Shown piece by piece: positions 8,784-19,246 of a stretch of DNA of 64,000 nt. Position numbers and translations under genes: made by a program. The DNA is taken from assembly GCA_963739455.1 (NCBI GenBank), contig CAVUAK010000001.1, positions 64,001 to 128,000 of the forward strand, in the 5' to 3' direction. Below the pieces are notes generated by a model. The model ran no database searches, was not told the origin of the DNA, and was given only the letters and a program-made list of their open reading frames with translations. Each line of letters starts with the position of its first letter. Positions within the stretch are counted from its first letter, which is position 1. The stretch comes from an uncultured Gemmatimonadales bacterium (GTDB taxonomy: Bacteria; Gemmatimonadota; Gemmatimonadetes; Gemmatimonadales; GWC2-71-9).

Positions 8784-10489
8784 GGTTCGCCGGACGGCTG
8801 GTCGCTGGAACCGTTGTCGTCCTCTTCTTTACCGTCGCCATCCTCGTCTGGACCGCGGGGCGGTCGCTGCAGCGCAATCTCGAGGATGAACTCGAGCGCA
8901 GCCTCCAGCTCGAGGCACGACTGGTCGACGCCGCCGTGACGGCGTCGGGCAAGCCCACCGATGTCCTTCGCGGCCTCGAGCGCCGCAGCTCCCACCGCAT
9001 CATGATGTTCAATCGCACCGGCGACATCGTCGCGTCGGGGGATACCGTGCGCGCGGGTGCGTCCCCGGTGGACGAGGCGTCGTTTCCCGAGGTGCGGGCG
9101 GCATTGTCTGGCAGTACCGGGCGGGACGTGCGCCGAGCGGATGCGATCTCGCCGATGGAGATGCACGTCGCGGTCCCGACGGTCGATGGCGCGGTGCGGG
9201 TGTCGGCCAGCATGGCGCAGGTCGATGACATCGTGCGCAAGGCGCGCCGCGCGATGCTGGGCGCGGCGCTGATCGCGCTGCTGGTGGGATCGGGTCTGGC
9301 GTTCGTGGCGGGCCGGTCGATCGCGCAACCGCTGAGTGACCTCGCCGGCGCGGCGCGCGCCATCGCGGCCGGTTCCCTGCCCCGCTTTCCCCGGTCGGGC
9401 ATCCCCGACATCGACAGCCTGGTGCAGGCGGTACGGCAGATGCATCGCCAGCTGGATGAGCGGTTTGCCCAGTTGAAGAATGAACAGTCGGCGTCGGCGG
9501 CACTGGTGGAGTCGATGCTCGAGGGCGTCATCGCGGCGGACGGTCGCGGCAGGATCACGACGGCGAATGCGGCGGCGCGACGCCTGCTGGGCTATGAGCC
9601 GGAGCATCCGCTGCCGGACGTGCGGCAGCTGTTCCGGTCCAAGTCGGCGCGGGAGATCGTGACGGCGGTGCTCGAGGGCGAGGCGGTGCAGGATCGCCAG
9701 CTCGACCTGGATGGGAGCACGCTCCTGGTGAATGCGCGGCCGCTGGAGAACGAGGGCGCGGTACTGGTGCTGCACGACCTGACGGAACTGCGGCGGCTGG
9801 AAACGGTGCGACGGGATTTTGTCGCGAACGTGTCGCATGAATTGAAGACGCCTCTGACGAGCATTTCGGGATACGCGGAGACGCTGCTCACCGATTCGCC
9901 TGACGCCGTCACTGGTCGCGAGTTCCTCGGCATCATCCTCAGCAACGCGCACCGCATGCAGCGGCTGGTGGACGACCTGCTGGACCTGTCACGCATCGAG
10001 TCGGGCCGGTGGCAGCCGGGGGTGGAGCCGGTGGACGTGGTGGGCGCGGCGCGCGAGGTGTGGGCGACGCTGGCGGAGCGGGCCGCGGTGCGCGGCACGA
10101 CGTTCGAGGTCAAGGTGGATGCGGGTGCGGCGACGATCGAGGCGGATCCCGATGGCCTGCGCCAGGTGCTGACCAACCTGGTCGACAACTCGCTGCGCTA
10201 TGTCGGCGCGGGCGGGATAGTGACGGTCGCGGCGCGCGAGCTCGATGGTGGCGTTGAGCTGAGCGTGAGGGACAACGGGGTGGGGATCACGTCGGATCAC
10301 CTGCCGAGGATCTTCGAGCGGTTCTACCGGGCCGATCCGTCGCGATCACGGGAAGAGGGTGGAACGGGGCTGGGGTTGTCGATCGTGAAGCACCTGCTGG
10401 AGGCGCATGGTGGACGAGTGTCGGCGGAGAGTGAGCTGGGGGTGGGGACGGTGATCAGGTGCTGGTTTCCGGGAACTGCAACTGCGTGA
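8780..10489 (+). CDS. phoR: PhoR-like sensor histidine kinase (HAMP-PAS-HisKA-HATPase)
   Basis: RRDFVANVSHELKTPL, NLVDNS, DNGVG, IFERFYR, GGTGLGLSIV. Confidence 0.88.
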   Translation: MRFAGRLVAGTVVVLFFTVAILVWTAGRSLQRNLEDELERSLQLEARLVDAAVTASGKPTDVLRGLERRSSHRIMMFNRTGDIVASGDTVRAGASPVDEASFPEVRAALSGSTGRDVRRADAISPMEMHVAVPTVDGAVRVSASMAQVDDIVRKARRAMLGAALIALLVGSGLAFVAGRSIAQPLSDLAGAARAIAAGSLPRFPRSGIPDIDSLVQAVRQMHRQLDERFAQLKNEQSASAALVESMLEGVIAADGRGRITTANAAARRLLGYEPEHPLPDVRQLFRSKSAREIVTAVLEGEAVQDRQLDLDGSTLLVNARPLENEGAVLVLHDLTELRRLETVRRDFVANVSHELKTPLTSISGYAETLLTDSPDAVTGREFLGIILSNAHRMQRLVDDLLDLSRIESGRWQPGVEPVDVVGAAREVWATLAERAAVRGTTFEVKVDAGAATIEADPDGLRQVLTNLVDNSLRYVGAGGIVTVAARELDGGVELSVRDNGVGITSDHLPRIFERFYRADPSRSREEGGTGLGLSIVKHLLEAHGGRVSAESELGVGTVIRCWFPGTATA

Positions 10490-10534
10490 GGGGGAACTGA
10501 AACAGCGTGAGGAGGAACTGCGACTGCGGGGAAA
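10472..10534 (+). repeat. 21-bp tandem repeat x3 (GGAACTGCGACTGCGTGAGGA consensus)
   Basis: Units ggaactgcaactgcgtgaggg / ggaactgaaacagcgtgagga / ggaactgcgactgcggggaaa; the first unit contains the phoR stop. Confidence 0.85.
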
Positions 10535-10586
10535 CTGTTACATCGGCTTCAAGTGGTTGTGTTGCCTGGATTAGACCTTCCCTGGC

Positions 10587-10901
10587 ATGACAAATCCCAT
10601 GCAGATGCGCGGCCCGCTCGACACTTCCGCAGTCAACTACCTGCTCGACCACATTGCCCAGGCGCCGGACGCCGCCCACGTGCTGGTTGACTGCTCGGCG
10701 GTATCGAGCGTCGACCCGGTGGGGACGGCGCGACTCTGGGTGCTGGCACGGGAGCTCGAGCTCGCGGGCCGGGTGCTCCGGATCATCGGGATGCCGGAGC
10801 GATTCATCCGGCGTCTCCGGCTCCACCCGGTGCTCAGGTTCGTGGAGCAGGAGGAGAGCGTCTTTGCCGATCCGTTCAGTGCGGCAGTGAGTTCGCGGTA
10901 G
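10587..10901 (+). CDS. STAS-domain protein (anti-sigma antagonist-like)
   Basis: 104 aa: GPLDTSAV...VLVDCSAVSSVDPVG...RVLRIIG. Confidence 0.7.
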   Translation: MTNPMQMRGPLDTSAVNYLLDHIAQAPDAAHVLVDCSAVSSVDPVGTARLWVLARELELAGRVLRIIGMPERFIRRLRLHPVLRFVEQEESVFADPFSAAVSSR

Positions 10902-10902
10902 G

Positions 10903-12154
10903 CTAGAACATGAACTGCGCCTGCAGGCGCAGCGTCTGGCCCTTCTGCGGGTTGTTCGGGGTGAATGCCGTCGTCCTGCGTACGGTTCGAGATCATGTAG
11001 GCGGCGGTGAACTCGAATGCCTTGAGCGGCAGGATCTCGGCGCCGAACTCGATTTCCTTCACCAGGTATGACCGGGCGTCGAGCTCGTACTTCTTTCCGC
11101 CACTGTAGTACTGCGCGCGCACGTAGGGGAAGATGAGCTTGTGCGCGATGTAGGTGCGATAGAATGCCATGAGGTACCCGCCGGTCAGGTCCTGCTCCGT
11201 GATGTCGTTCAGCACGTTGTCGTACTCCGGCCCCTTCCCCCAATTCCATTCCGCCTGCAAGCCAATCGGCCGCGGGATCAAGAGCGCCGAGAGGGCAACC
11301 CGTTCGTCGCGGAAATTGTTGGCGCCGCCGACGCCTGGGGAGCGGTTCTCGGGCGGGATCACGAAGATGCCGGTGTATCCCTGTACGGCAGCGAAGAGGA
11401 CCTGGTCATGCCCGAGGGCGAAGGGGTAGGCCAGGCGTGCCACGACGTGCTTGTTGCCATTCAGCTCGGGTCGGTTGGCACCCTGGCCGTTGTATACGCC
11501 GAAGCTGATGACGCCGTAATCCTGGGCTCCCTTGAAGGAGCTGTCGATCAGCATCTTGAGCTCCCGGTGGATCTTCGCCGGTGCCCAGATGAACCAGGCA
11601 CCGAGATCGCGCTCGCCCGGCGCGCCGCTGTTGAGTGCGTCGTCACGGTCGAAGGGAATGCGCACGGCGCTGGACTGCAGGTTCTCGTAGCCGAAGGGGA
11701 TCTTGGCGAGGCCGATGCGCACGAAGCCATTCTTCTTCTTGTCGAGGGACACGTCGCCGAAGAGGTCGCGGAGCTGCAGGATGAACACCGACGACCCAAC
11801 GGCCTGTGTCAGGTCGACCTCCATCTTGGTGTCCACCCGGTCAACCGGCTTTCCCTCCACGATAAGTCGCGCGCGACGCAGGGTGAACTTGGGGTCACCG
11901 CCGAGCCCCGGGTCGCACTGGATGCAGACCAGGTCGGGGTTGGTCTGGAAGAGCTGGTTGTAGCGCACCTGGATGTAGCCACGGACGAGGATGCGATCGG
12001 TCCACGACTTGGGCTTGGCCGGCTGGGAGTCCGGCTTGATCACGGGCGCCGGCTGCGAGTCAGGCTTCTCCGCCTGGGCCAGGAGGGCAGCGGGCAGCAT
12101 CAGGGCACCGATCACAGCTAGGCGGACAGCGCGGCGCGCAACCGTCGGCAGCAT
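10903..12154 (-). CDS. Phosphate-selective porin OprO/OprP family (frameshift near 10960)
   Basis: Signal peptide, RGYIQVRY, FTLRRARL, KIPFGYENLQSS; the shifted frame ends QTLRLQAQFMF-stop with a terminal Phe; divergent from pstS. Confidence 0.8.
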
Positions 12155-12183
12155 CAGGACCTCTCTGGCGTTTTTTCCGGGAG

Positions 12184-12263
12184 CGTTACTGGGACGTGAC
12201 AAGCTGGCGCGCCGTCCGTGACGGTGCAACTTACGTTATAGAGTCGTTACATGACCCATCACA
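12184..12263 (+). promoter_or_regulatory. Putative Pho-box-like direct repeats between the porin gene and pstS
   Basis: CGTTACT(12184), CGTGACA(12195), CGTGACG(12217), CGTTATA(12234), CGTTACA(12245): 11/22-bp phasing. Confidence 0.65.
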
Positions 12264-12277
12264 TAAAAGGAGCGCCA

Positions 12278-13352
12278 ATGCCGGTTCACTCGCGCGGTCG
12301 CCAGCGGTTCGTCCTGATTGCTTCCGCCATGGTAGCACTCGGTGCCTGCGGCGGTGACAAGGCGAAGGACCAGGCGGCCGGCGGGGCCGCGCCGACGACG
12401 TCCGGCGTAGCGCTCACCGGTGCCGGCGCCACCTTCCCCAACCCGATCTACACGAAGTGGTTCGACACCTACGCCAAGGCGACCGGCGTGCGGATCAACT
12501 ACCAGTCGATCGGGTCGGGCGGCGGGATCCGGCAGTTCACCGAGGGCACGGTGGACTTCGGCGCCACCGACGGGCCGATGTCGAACGACCAGATGGCGGC
12601 GGTTCAGGGGAACGTGCTCCACGTGCCGACGGTGCTCGGCGCCGACGTGCTGACCTACAACCTGCCGGCGATCGGCGCCGCCAAGCTGGTGCTCGATGGC
12701 GATGCGATCGCGGGCATCTTCCTCGGCCGGATCATCGAAGTGGAATGATCCCAAGCTGGTGGCGCTCAACCCGGGCGTCCCGTTGCCGAACGCCGACGTG
12801 ATCGTGGTGCACCGGTCGGACGGCTCGGGCACGTCGTTCATCTTCACCGACTACCTGTCGAAGGTGTCGCCGGAGTGGAAGGCGAAGGTGGGTGCCGCGA
12901 CGTCGGTCAACTGGCCGATCGGGCTGGGCGGCAAGGGAAACGAGGGCGTGACGCAGCAGGTGAAGCAGACCGAGGGCGCGATCGGCTATGTCGAGCTGAT
13001 CTACGCCGCGTCAAACGGGCTGTCGTTTGCGGACATCAAGAACGCATCGGGCACCGCCGTAACGCCCAACCTGAAGTCGGTAACAGCGGCCGCGCAGAGT
13101 GCCCATTTCGCGCCGGACACCGATTTCCGGGTCTCGATCACCAACGCCCCGGGGGCCGACGCCTACCCGATCGCGTCGTTCACCTGGCTCCTGATCAAGG
13201 CGACCAATCCGGACGCGACTAAGTCGAAGCAGATCAACGACTTCATCAAGTGGATGCTGTCGCCGGACGCCCAGCGGATGGCGGCCGACCTGCAGTACGC
13301 TCCGCTGCCGGTCCCGCTGATCGAGCTGATCCAGAAGCGGGTCGGGGGCTGA
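12278..13352 (+). CDS. pstS: Phosphate ABC transporter substrate-binding lipoprotein (frameshift near 12735)
   Basis: AAGGAG RBS; lipobox LGAC; GAGATFP, YQSIGSGGG, HRSDGSGT, GGKGNEGV. Confidence 0.93.
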
Positions 13353-13356
13353 CCGT

Positions 13357-13385
13357 AGTTACACATCCGTTACATGCCCGTGACG
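13357..13385 (+). promoter_or_regulatory. Putative internal Pho-box-like site upstream of pstC
   Basis: AGTTACA(13357), CGTTACA(13368), CGTGACG(13379): exact 11-bp period. Confidence 0.65.
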
Positions 13386-13418
13386 TAACGAGTCCGGGCG
13401 GGGGATACGTTGCCCCCA

Positions 13419-14411
13419 ATGACTACCGCCGTCTCCGCCCCCCGCGCCGCCGCTGCTCCGACGGGGGGCGCGTACTCCCTTGAACATGCGAGCCGAGGCG
13501 ACCGGGTCTTCAAGGCGCTGCTGACGCTGGCGTCGGCATCGATCCCGGTCCTCCTCGGCTTCCTGGTGTACGAGCTCTGGATCGGGTCGGCACTGGCCAG
13601 GCAGACCTTCGGCCTCACCTTCGTCACCACCAGCGAGTGGGACCCGGTGGCCGACAAGTTCGGGGCGCTGCCCCTGATCTTCGGTACCCTGCTCTCCTCG
13701 CTCCTCGCCCTGCTCATCGCCGTGCCGCTGTCGCTCGGCGTCGCCATCTACCTCACCGAGTTCGCCCCGCGCAGCCTGCGCCAGCCGATCGCGAACATCA
13801 TCGGCCTGCTCGCGGCGATCCCGAGCGTGGTCTACGGCCTGTGGGGCATCTTCGTTCTGATCCCCTTCCTCCGCGCGACGGTGTTCCCGGCGCTCAAGGG
13901 CGCGTTCGGGTTCCTGCCATTGTTCGAGGGACCGATCTACGGCCCGTCGATGCTCTCGGCCAGCATCATCCTCGCGATCATGGTCATGCCGTACATCATG
14001 TCGGTGTCGCGCGAGGTCCTGCTCGCCGTGCCGGGCAGCCAGCGCGAGGCGGCCCTGGCGCTCGGCGCCACGCGCTGGGAAGCGGTGGTGACGGCGGTGG
14101 TGCCGTACGCCCGCACCGGGATCATGGGCGCGATCATTCTCGGGCTGGGTCGGGCCCTGGGCGAGACGATGGCGGTGACGATGCTCATCGGGAACCGGCA
14201 CGAGATCGCGGCGTCGCTCTTCGCGCCGGGCTACACCATGGCCGCTGCGATCGCCAACGAATTCGCCGAGGCAGCGACGCCGATGCACTTCTCGGCGCTG
14301 ACGTATGTGGCGTTCACGCTGTTCGTCGTCACCGTGCTGGTGAACGCCGGTGCGCGGTTGCTCATCTGGCGCGTGGCCCGCGGGTCCGGCGCCGGCAGCT
14401 CGGCGCTCTGA
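13419..14411 (+). CDS. pstC: Phosphate ABC transporter permease
   Basis: FGALPLIFGT, LAAIPSVVYGLWG, EAALALGATRWE, GRALGETMAV. Confidence 0.95.
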   Translation: MTTAVSAPRAAAAPTGGAYSLEHASRGDRVFKALLTLASASIPVLLGFLVYELWIGSALARQTFGLTFVTTSEWDPVADKFGALPLIFGTLLSSLLALLIAVPLSLGVAIYLTEFAPRSLRQPIANIIGLLAAIPSVVYGLWGIFVLIPFLRATVFPALKGAFGFLPLFEGPIYGPSMLSASIILAIMVMPYIMSVSREVLLAVPGSQREAALALGATRWEAVVTAVVPYARTGIMGAIILGLGRALGETMAVTMLIGNRHEIAASLFAPGYTMAAAIANEFAEAATPMHFSALTYVAFTLFVVTVLVNAGARLLIWRVARGSGAGSSAL

Positions 14412-14412
14412 C

Positions 14413-15258
14413 ATGAACCGTCGCGTCTTCCGCCGCTTCAAGAGCAACGTGATGACCGTCGTGCTGATGGGCTGCGTGCTCGCCGCCGTGCTGCCGCTGC
14501 TCTTCATTCTCGGCACGCTGCTGCTCAAGGGTGCGGGCAGCCTGTCGTTCGACTTCTTCACCAGGATGCCGGCGCCGGCAGGGGAGAATGGCGGCGGCGT
14601 GGCTCACGCCATCGTGGGGACGCTGCTGATGGTCGGCACGGCATGCCTCATCGGGATCCCGATCGGGATCGGGGCCGGCGTGTTCGCGTCGGAGTATCCC
14701 GGCAACCGCCTGGCGATCCTGTCGCGGTTCGTCGCCGACGTGCTCAACGGGACGCCGTCCATCGTCATCGGCGTTTTTGCGTGGACCTGGATCGTGGCGC
14801 GGCAGAAGCATTTCTCCGGCTTCGCCGGGAGCGTGGCGCTGGCAATCCTGATGGTGCCCATGGTGATGCGCACCACCGAGGAGATCATCAAGCTGGTGCC
14901 GCACTCCCTGCGCGAGGCGGCGCTCGCACTGGGCTACCAGCGCTGGCGCACGACGCTGCAGATCGTGCTCCTCACCGCGCTGCCGGGCATCCTCACCGGC
15001 GCCCTGCTCGCGGTGGCGCGTATCGCCGGCGAGACGGCCCCGCTGCTCTTCACCGCGCTCGGCAGCCAGTACATGGGCACGAACCTGAACCAGCCGATGG
15101 CGGCGCTACCGCTCACTGTCTACACCTATGCCACTGGCCCGTACGAGGAGTGGCATCGCTATGCCTGGGCCGCGGCGCTGGTCCTGATCCTGATGGTGTT
15201 CATCCTGAACATGGGGGCGCGATTCGCGACGCGCCGGATGGCGAGGCTCGGTGGCTGA
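14413..15258 (+). CDS. pstA: Phosphate ABC transporter permease
   Basis: GGVAHAIVGT, PSIVIG, REAALALG, ARIAGETAPLL. Confidence 0.95.
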   Translation: MNRRVFRRFKSNVMTVVLMGCVLAAVLPLLFILGTLLLKGAGSLSFDFFTRMPAPAGENGGGVAHAIVGTLLMVGTACLIGIPIGIGAGVFASEYPGNRLAILSRFVADVLNGTPSIVIGVFAWTWIVARQKHFSGFAGSVALAILMVPMVMRTTEEIIKLVPHSLREAALALGYQRWRTTLQIVLLTALPGILTGALLAVARIAGETAPLLFTALGSQYMGTNLNQPMAALPLTVYTYATGPYEEWHRYAWAAALVLILMVFILNMGARFATRRMARLGG

Positions 15259-16069
15259 GGCGACAGTGGCCCCGATGGTTGCCGGCGAGGCGCCAGTCGC
15301 GCCCGTGGTAGCGCGCGCCCGGCTGGAGACCGACAAGCTCTCGGCGATGTACGGGAAGTTCACCGCGGTGAAGAATATTTCCCTCGGCTTTTCGCCCAAC
15401 CGGGTGCATGCGCTCATCGGTCCGTCGGGCTGCGGCAAGTCAACCTACCTGCGCACGCTCAACCGGATGCACGAGATGTCCGAGGGCGGGTGGATCACCG
15501 GGCGGGTGCTGCTCGACGGCGAGGATGTCTACGCGTCACGCGTGAGCGCGATGCAGCTGCGGAAGCGGGTCGGCATGGTGTTCCAGCGGCCGACGCCCTT
15601 CCCCACCATGACCATCTACGAGAACGTCGCTGCGGGCCTGAAGGTGAGCGGGCGCGTGAAGCCCACGGAGCTGCGGGAGACGGTGGAGCGGGCCCTGGAG
15701 CACGCGGGACTCTGGAACGAGGTGAAGGATCGCCTGCACCAGAGCGCGATGGCGCTGTCCGGCGGGCAGCAGCAGCGGCTCTGCATCGCCCGCACCATCG
15801 CGCCGGCGCCCGAGGTGATCCTGCTCGACGAGCCGACGTCGGCGCTCGACCCGCAGGGCACCCAGCGCATCGAGGAGCTGCTCTACAACCTCAAGCGCGA
15901 CTTCACCATCGTCATCGTCACCCACAACATGCAGCAGGCGGCGCGCGTCTCCGACACCACCAGCTTCTTCTACATGGGGACGCTGGTCGAGTCGGGCGCC
16001 ACCCGCCAGATCTTCACCGCACCCCGCGAAGAGCAGACAGAGGCCTACATTACGGGGCGATTCGGATGA
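15251..16069 (+). CDS. pstB: Phosphate ABC transporter ATPase, copy 1
   Basis: [48 protein letters not shown]. Confidence 0.95.
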   Translation: MAEATVAPMVAGEAPVAPVVARARLETDKLSAMYGKFTAVKNISLGFSPNRVHALIGPSGCGKSTYLRTLNRMHEMSEGGWITGRVLLDGEDVYASRVSAMQLRKRVGMVFQRPTPFPTMTIYENVAAGLKVSGRVKPTELRETVERALEHAGLWNEVKDRLHQSAMALSGGQQQRLCIARTIAPAPEVILLDEPTSALDPQGTQRIEELLYNLKRDFTIVIVTHNMQQAARVSDTTSFFYMGTLVESGATRQIFTAPREEQTEAYITGRFG

Positions 16070-16911
16070 CCATAGCGATCGAGACCCAGCCGATCATGAC
16101 CAGCGCGCCCAGGCCCACGTTCACCCCCCGCGCGCCCTCCGCCAACGAGGGCCCGACGGCGGCCGCGATCACCGTGCGCGATTTCCACTTCGCCTACGGC
16201 AAGCGCGACGTGCTGAAGAACCTGAATTTCGTCATCCCGCGACGCGCGGTGACGGCGATCATCGGGCCGTCCGGGTGCGGCAAGTCCACCTTCCTGCGCT
16301 CGGTCAACCGGCTCAACGACCTGATCCCGGGGACGCGCCACCGGGGCGACATCCTGGTGGACGGCCTCTCGGTGTTCGATCGCGAAACCGACCTCGTCGT
16401 GCTCCGCCAGCGCGTCGGCATGGTGTTCCAGCGGCCGAACCCGTTCCCCAAGTCGATCTTCGAGAACGTGGCGTACGGACCGGCACTCAACGCCCTCGTG
16501 CCGAAGGGCGACCTCCCCGACCTGGTGGAGCGGAGCCTGCGCCAGGCCGCGCTCTGGGACGAGGTGAAGGATCGCCTGGAATCGCCGGGCACCGGGCTCT
16601 CCGGGGGACAGCAGCAGCGGCTCTGCATCGCGCGGGCGCTGGGCAACCATCCCGAGGTGCTGCTGATGGACGAGCCCTGCTCCGCGCTCGACCCGATCGC
16701 CACCCAGCGGATCGAGGAGCTGATCCGGACGCTCAAGCGGGACTATACGATCGTCATCGTTACGCATAACATGCAGCAGGCCGCGCGCGTGTCCGACTTC
16801 ACCGCCTTCTTCGACCAGGGCGAGCTGATCGAGTACAGCGAGACCGAGCGCATCTTCACGGCACCGTCCAACGCACGGACCGAGGCCTATATCACCGGGA
16901 GATTCGGATGA
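16066..16911 (+). CDS. pstB: Phosphate ABC transporter ATPase, copy 2
   Basis: ATG at 16066 (ATGA overlap); [35 protein letters not shown]. Confidence 0.95.
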   Translation: MTIAIETQPIMTSAPRPTFTPRAPSANEGPTAAAITVRDFHFAYGKRDVLKNLNFVIPRRAVTAIIGPSGCGKSTFLRSVNRLNDLIPGTRHRGDILVDGLSVFDRETDLVVLRQRVGMVFQRPNPFPKSIFENVAYGPALNALVPKGDLPDLVERSLRQAALWDEVKDRLESPGTGLSGGQQQRLCIARALGNHPEVLLMDEPCSALDPIATQRIEELIRTLKRDYTIVIVTHNMQQAARVSDFTAFFDQGELIEYSETERIFTAPSNARTEAYITGRFG

Positions 16912-17625
16912 CCTTCGAGACGCACCGCCACTTTCATGACGAGCTGAGTGCCGTCAAGGTGCGCTTGCTGACCATGTCGGGCGAGGCCGAGGCCGCGCTC
17001 GGGCTGGCGGTGGAGGCGCTCCTGGAGCGCGACGCCGACAAGGCGCGCCACGTCATCGTCGAACGACCGCGCCATCGACAACATGGAAATGGAGATCGAG
17101 GAGCAGTGCATCAACCTCCTCGCGCTGCAGCAGCCGATGGCGCGCGACCTTCGCATGCTCACCTCGGCGCTCAAGATCGCCAACGACCTGGAGCGGGTGG
17201 GTGACCACGCCGTGAACATCGCCCAGTCCGCCGAGCGGCTCGCCGAGGCGCGCGCGATCGCGCCGGAGCCGGAGATCATCGAGATGGCTCGCCTGTCCCG
17301 GGAAATGCTCTCCGATGCGCTCGAGGCGTTCATCCGTGGCGATGCCGCCGGCGGCCGCGACGTCTGCCTCCGCGACGACAAGGTGGACGCCCTGCACCGG
17401 TCGGTGTTCCGCATCCTCCTGACGCACATGATGGAAGACCCGCACACCATCAGCACCGGCATGGAACTGTTCCTCGTCAGCCGCAACCTGGAGCGCGTCG
17501 CCGACCTCGCCACCAACATCGGTGAGGACGTCGTGTTCCTGGTCGAGGGCAAGTCGATCAAGCACCACGCCGAGGACCGGGGCGAGGACCGCCCCGTCCC
17601 GATGCGTCACCTGGTGCCGGAGTGA
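16908..17625 (+). CDS. phoU: Phosphate signalling protein PhoU (frameshift near 17060)
   Basis: [40 protein letters not shown]. Confidence 0.93.
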
Positions 17626-19211
17626 ACGAGGGCACGCTCAGCGTGCTTCCCGAGCCCGACGGCGCCCCCGCGCCGGCCGCCGCCGGGCGCGAGCGCCTCG
17701 CGGCGCTCGATGTCGGCTCCAACTCCATCCGCCTGCTCGTCGCCGAATACGACTCGGTCGCCGGCCTCACCGTCGTCGACGAGGTGAAGGACCAGCCCCG
17801 CCTGGCGCAGGGCGTCGCGACCACCGGGATGCTCGATGCCGGCGCCGTGGAGCGCGCGATGGCGGGCCTGGCGCGCATGCGCGTGGTCTGCCAGCGGCGC
17901 GGCGTGCGGCGTATCGCCGCGGTCGCCACCTCGGCGGTGCGCGAGGCCAGCAATGGTGAGGAGTTCGTCCAGCGCGTGCGCGACGAGCTCGGCATTCCGC
18001 TGCGCATCATCGACGCCGAGACCGAGGCGTCGCTCTCCTGGCGATCGGTGGCGCATCATTTCCGCATGGACGGCGCGCGCACCATCGTGGCCGACATCGG
18101 CGGCGGCAGCCTCGAGCTGATCGCCGCGGTCGATGGCCTGGTGGAGTCCACCGTCTCCCTGCCGCTCGGCGCGGTGAGGCTGACCGAGACGCACCTGAGC
18201 GGCCGCAAGGATCCCCGCAAGGAAGTCGAGGTGCTTCGCCGGCACGTGCGGAAGGTGCTGCGGAAGGGATTCCCCTGGCGCGAGTGGACCAACCCGGTGT
18301 TCCTCGGCTCCGGCGGCACCTTCACCAACCTGGGCCGGATGGCGATCGGCCGGCGCGGCCTGCCGGTGCCCGACAGCATCCACGGCACCAACGTCCCGAC
18401 CGGCGAAGTCGAGCAGCTGCTCGAGTGGCTCTGCACCCGGACGCCCGAGCAGCGCAAGAACATTGTCGGGCTCAATCCCGAGCGGGCCGACATCATCCTT
18501 GCCGGGCTCGCCGTCACCGCGGAACTGCTCGACCTCGCCGATGCGCGCAGCGTCACCGTGAGCGCGTTCGGCCTGCGGGAGGGCCTGCTCCTGGAAATGG
18601 CGGGCGCCACGACTCCCGCCGGCAACGATCCGCTCCGCGCGTTGCGCGAGTTCGTGGAGCGCTGCCAGGGCGACCGTCGCCATGTCGAGCAGGTGCGATA
18701 CCTCGCCCTCCAGCTGTACGACCAGCTGGGCGAGGTGCTTGGGTGCACGCCGGAAGAACGCCCGCTGCTCGAGGCGGCGTCCCTGCTGCACGACGTGGGG
18801 CAGCTCGTGAGCTACCGGCGGCACCACAAGCACAGCTACCAGCTCATCATGCACGCCGACCGGCTGCCGCTGTCTCCCCGCGACCGGGCCATCGTGGCGC
18901 TGGTGAGCCGGTATCACCGGAAAAGTGGTCCCAAGAAGAAGCACGAGGAGTTCGGCGAGATGGAGACTGCCGATCAGGCGATCGTGCGCCGCATCTCGAG
19001 TCTGCTTCGCGTCGCAGATGGACTGGACCGGGGTCACACCGCGGTGGTGGAGACGGTGCAGAGCGAACTCACCGACGATCGGCTCACGGTGCGGGTGGCG
19101 CCGCGGCTGTCGAACTCCGACCTGTCGCTGGAGTTGTGGGGAGCGGAACGGAAGAGCGACGTGCTGGCGAGGCTGCTGGGTCGCGAGGTGGAGGTCGTGA
19201 CGGCCAGCTAG
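17622..19211 (+). CDS. ppx: Ppx/GppA exopolyphosphatase with C-terminal HD domain
   Basis: ALDVGSNSIRL, ATSAVREA, DIGGGSLE, GLREG, LLHDVG. Confidence 0.92.
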   Translation: MNEGTLSVLPEPDGAPAPAAAGRERLAALDVGSNSIRLLVAEYDSVAGLTVVDEVKDQPRLAQGVATTGMLDAGAVERAMAGLARMRVVCQRRGVRRIAAVATSAVREASNGEEFVQRVRDELGIPLRIIDAETEASLSWRSVAHHFRMDGARTIVADIGGGSLELIAAVDGLVESTVSLPLGAVRLTETHLSGRKDPRKEVEVLRRHVRKVLRKGFPWREWTNPVFLGSGGTFTNLGRMAIGRRGLPVPDSIHGTNVPTGEVEQLLEWLCTRTPEQRKNIVGLNPERADIILAGLAVTAELLDLADARSVTVSAFGLREGLLLEMAGATTPAGNDPLRALREFVERCQGDRRHVEQVRYLALQLYDQLGEVLGCTPEERPLLEAASLLHDVGQLVSYRRHHKHSYQLIMHADRLPLSPRDRAIVALVSRYHRKSGPKKKHEEFGEMETADQAIVRRISSLLRVADGLDRGHTAVVETVQSELTDDRLTVRVAPRLSNSDLSLELWGAERKSDVLARLLGREVEVVTAS

Positions 19212-19246
19212 ATTCCTGCCGTCTCTCGAACGGGGTCGTGGGTAGC

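Noticed and set aside
10472..10534. 21-bp repeats as a mini CRISPR array
   Set aside because: Units are contiguous with no unique spacers, and there are no cas genes in the window.
18284..19246. Apparent 916-aa ClC with a long N-terminal extension
   Set aside because: The extension is an alternative frame over ppx; the channel starts near ATG 19247.
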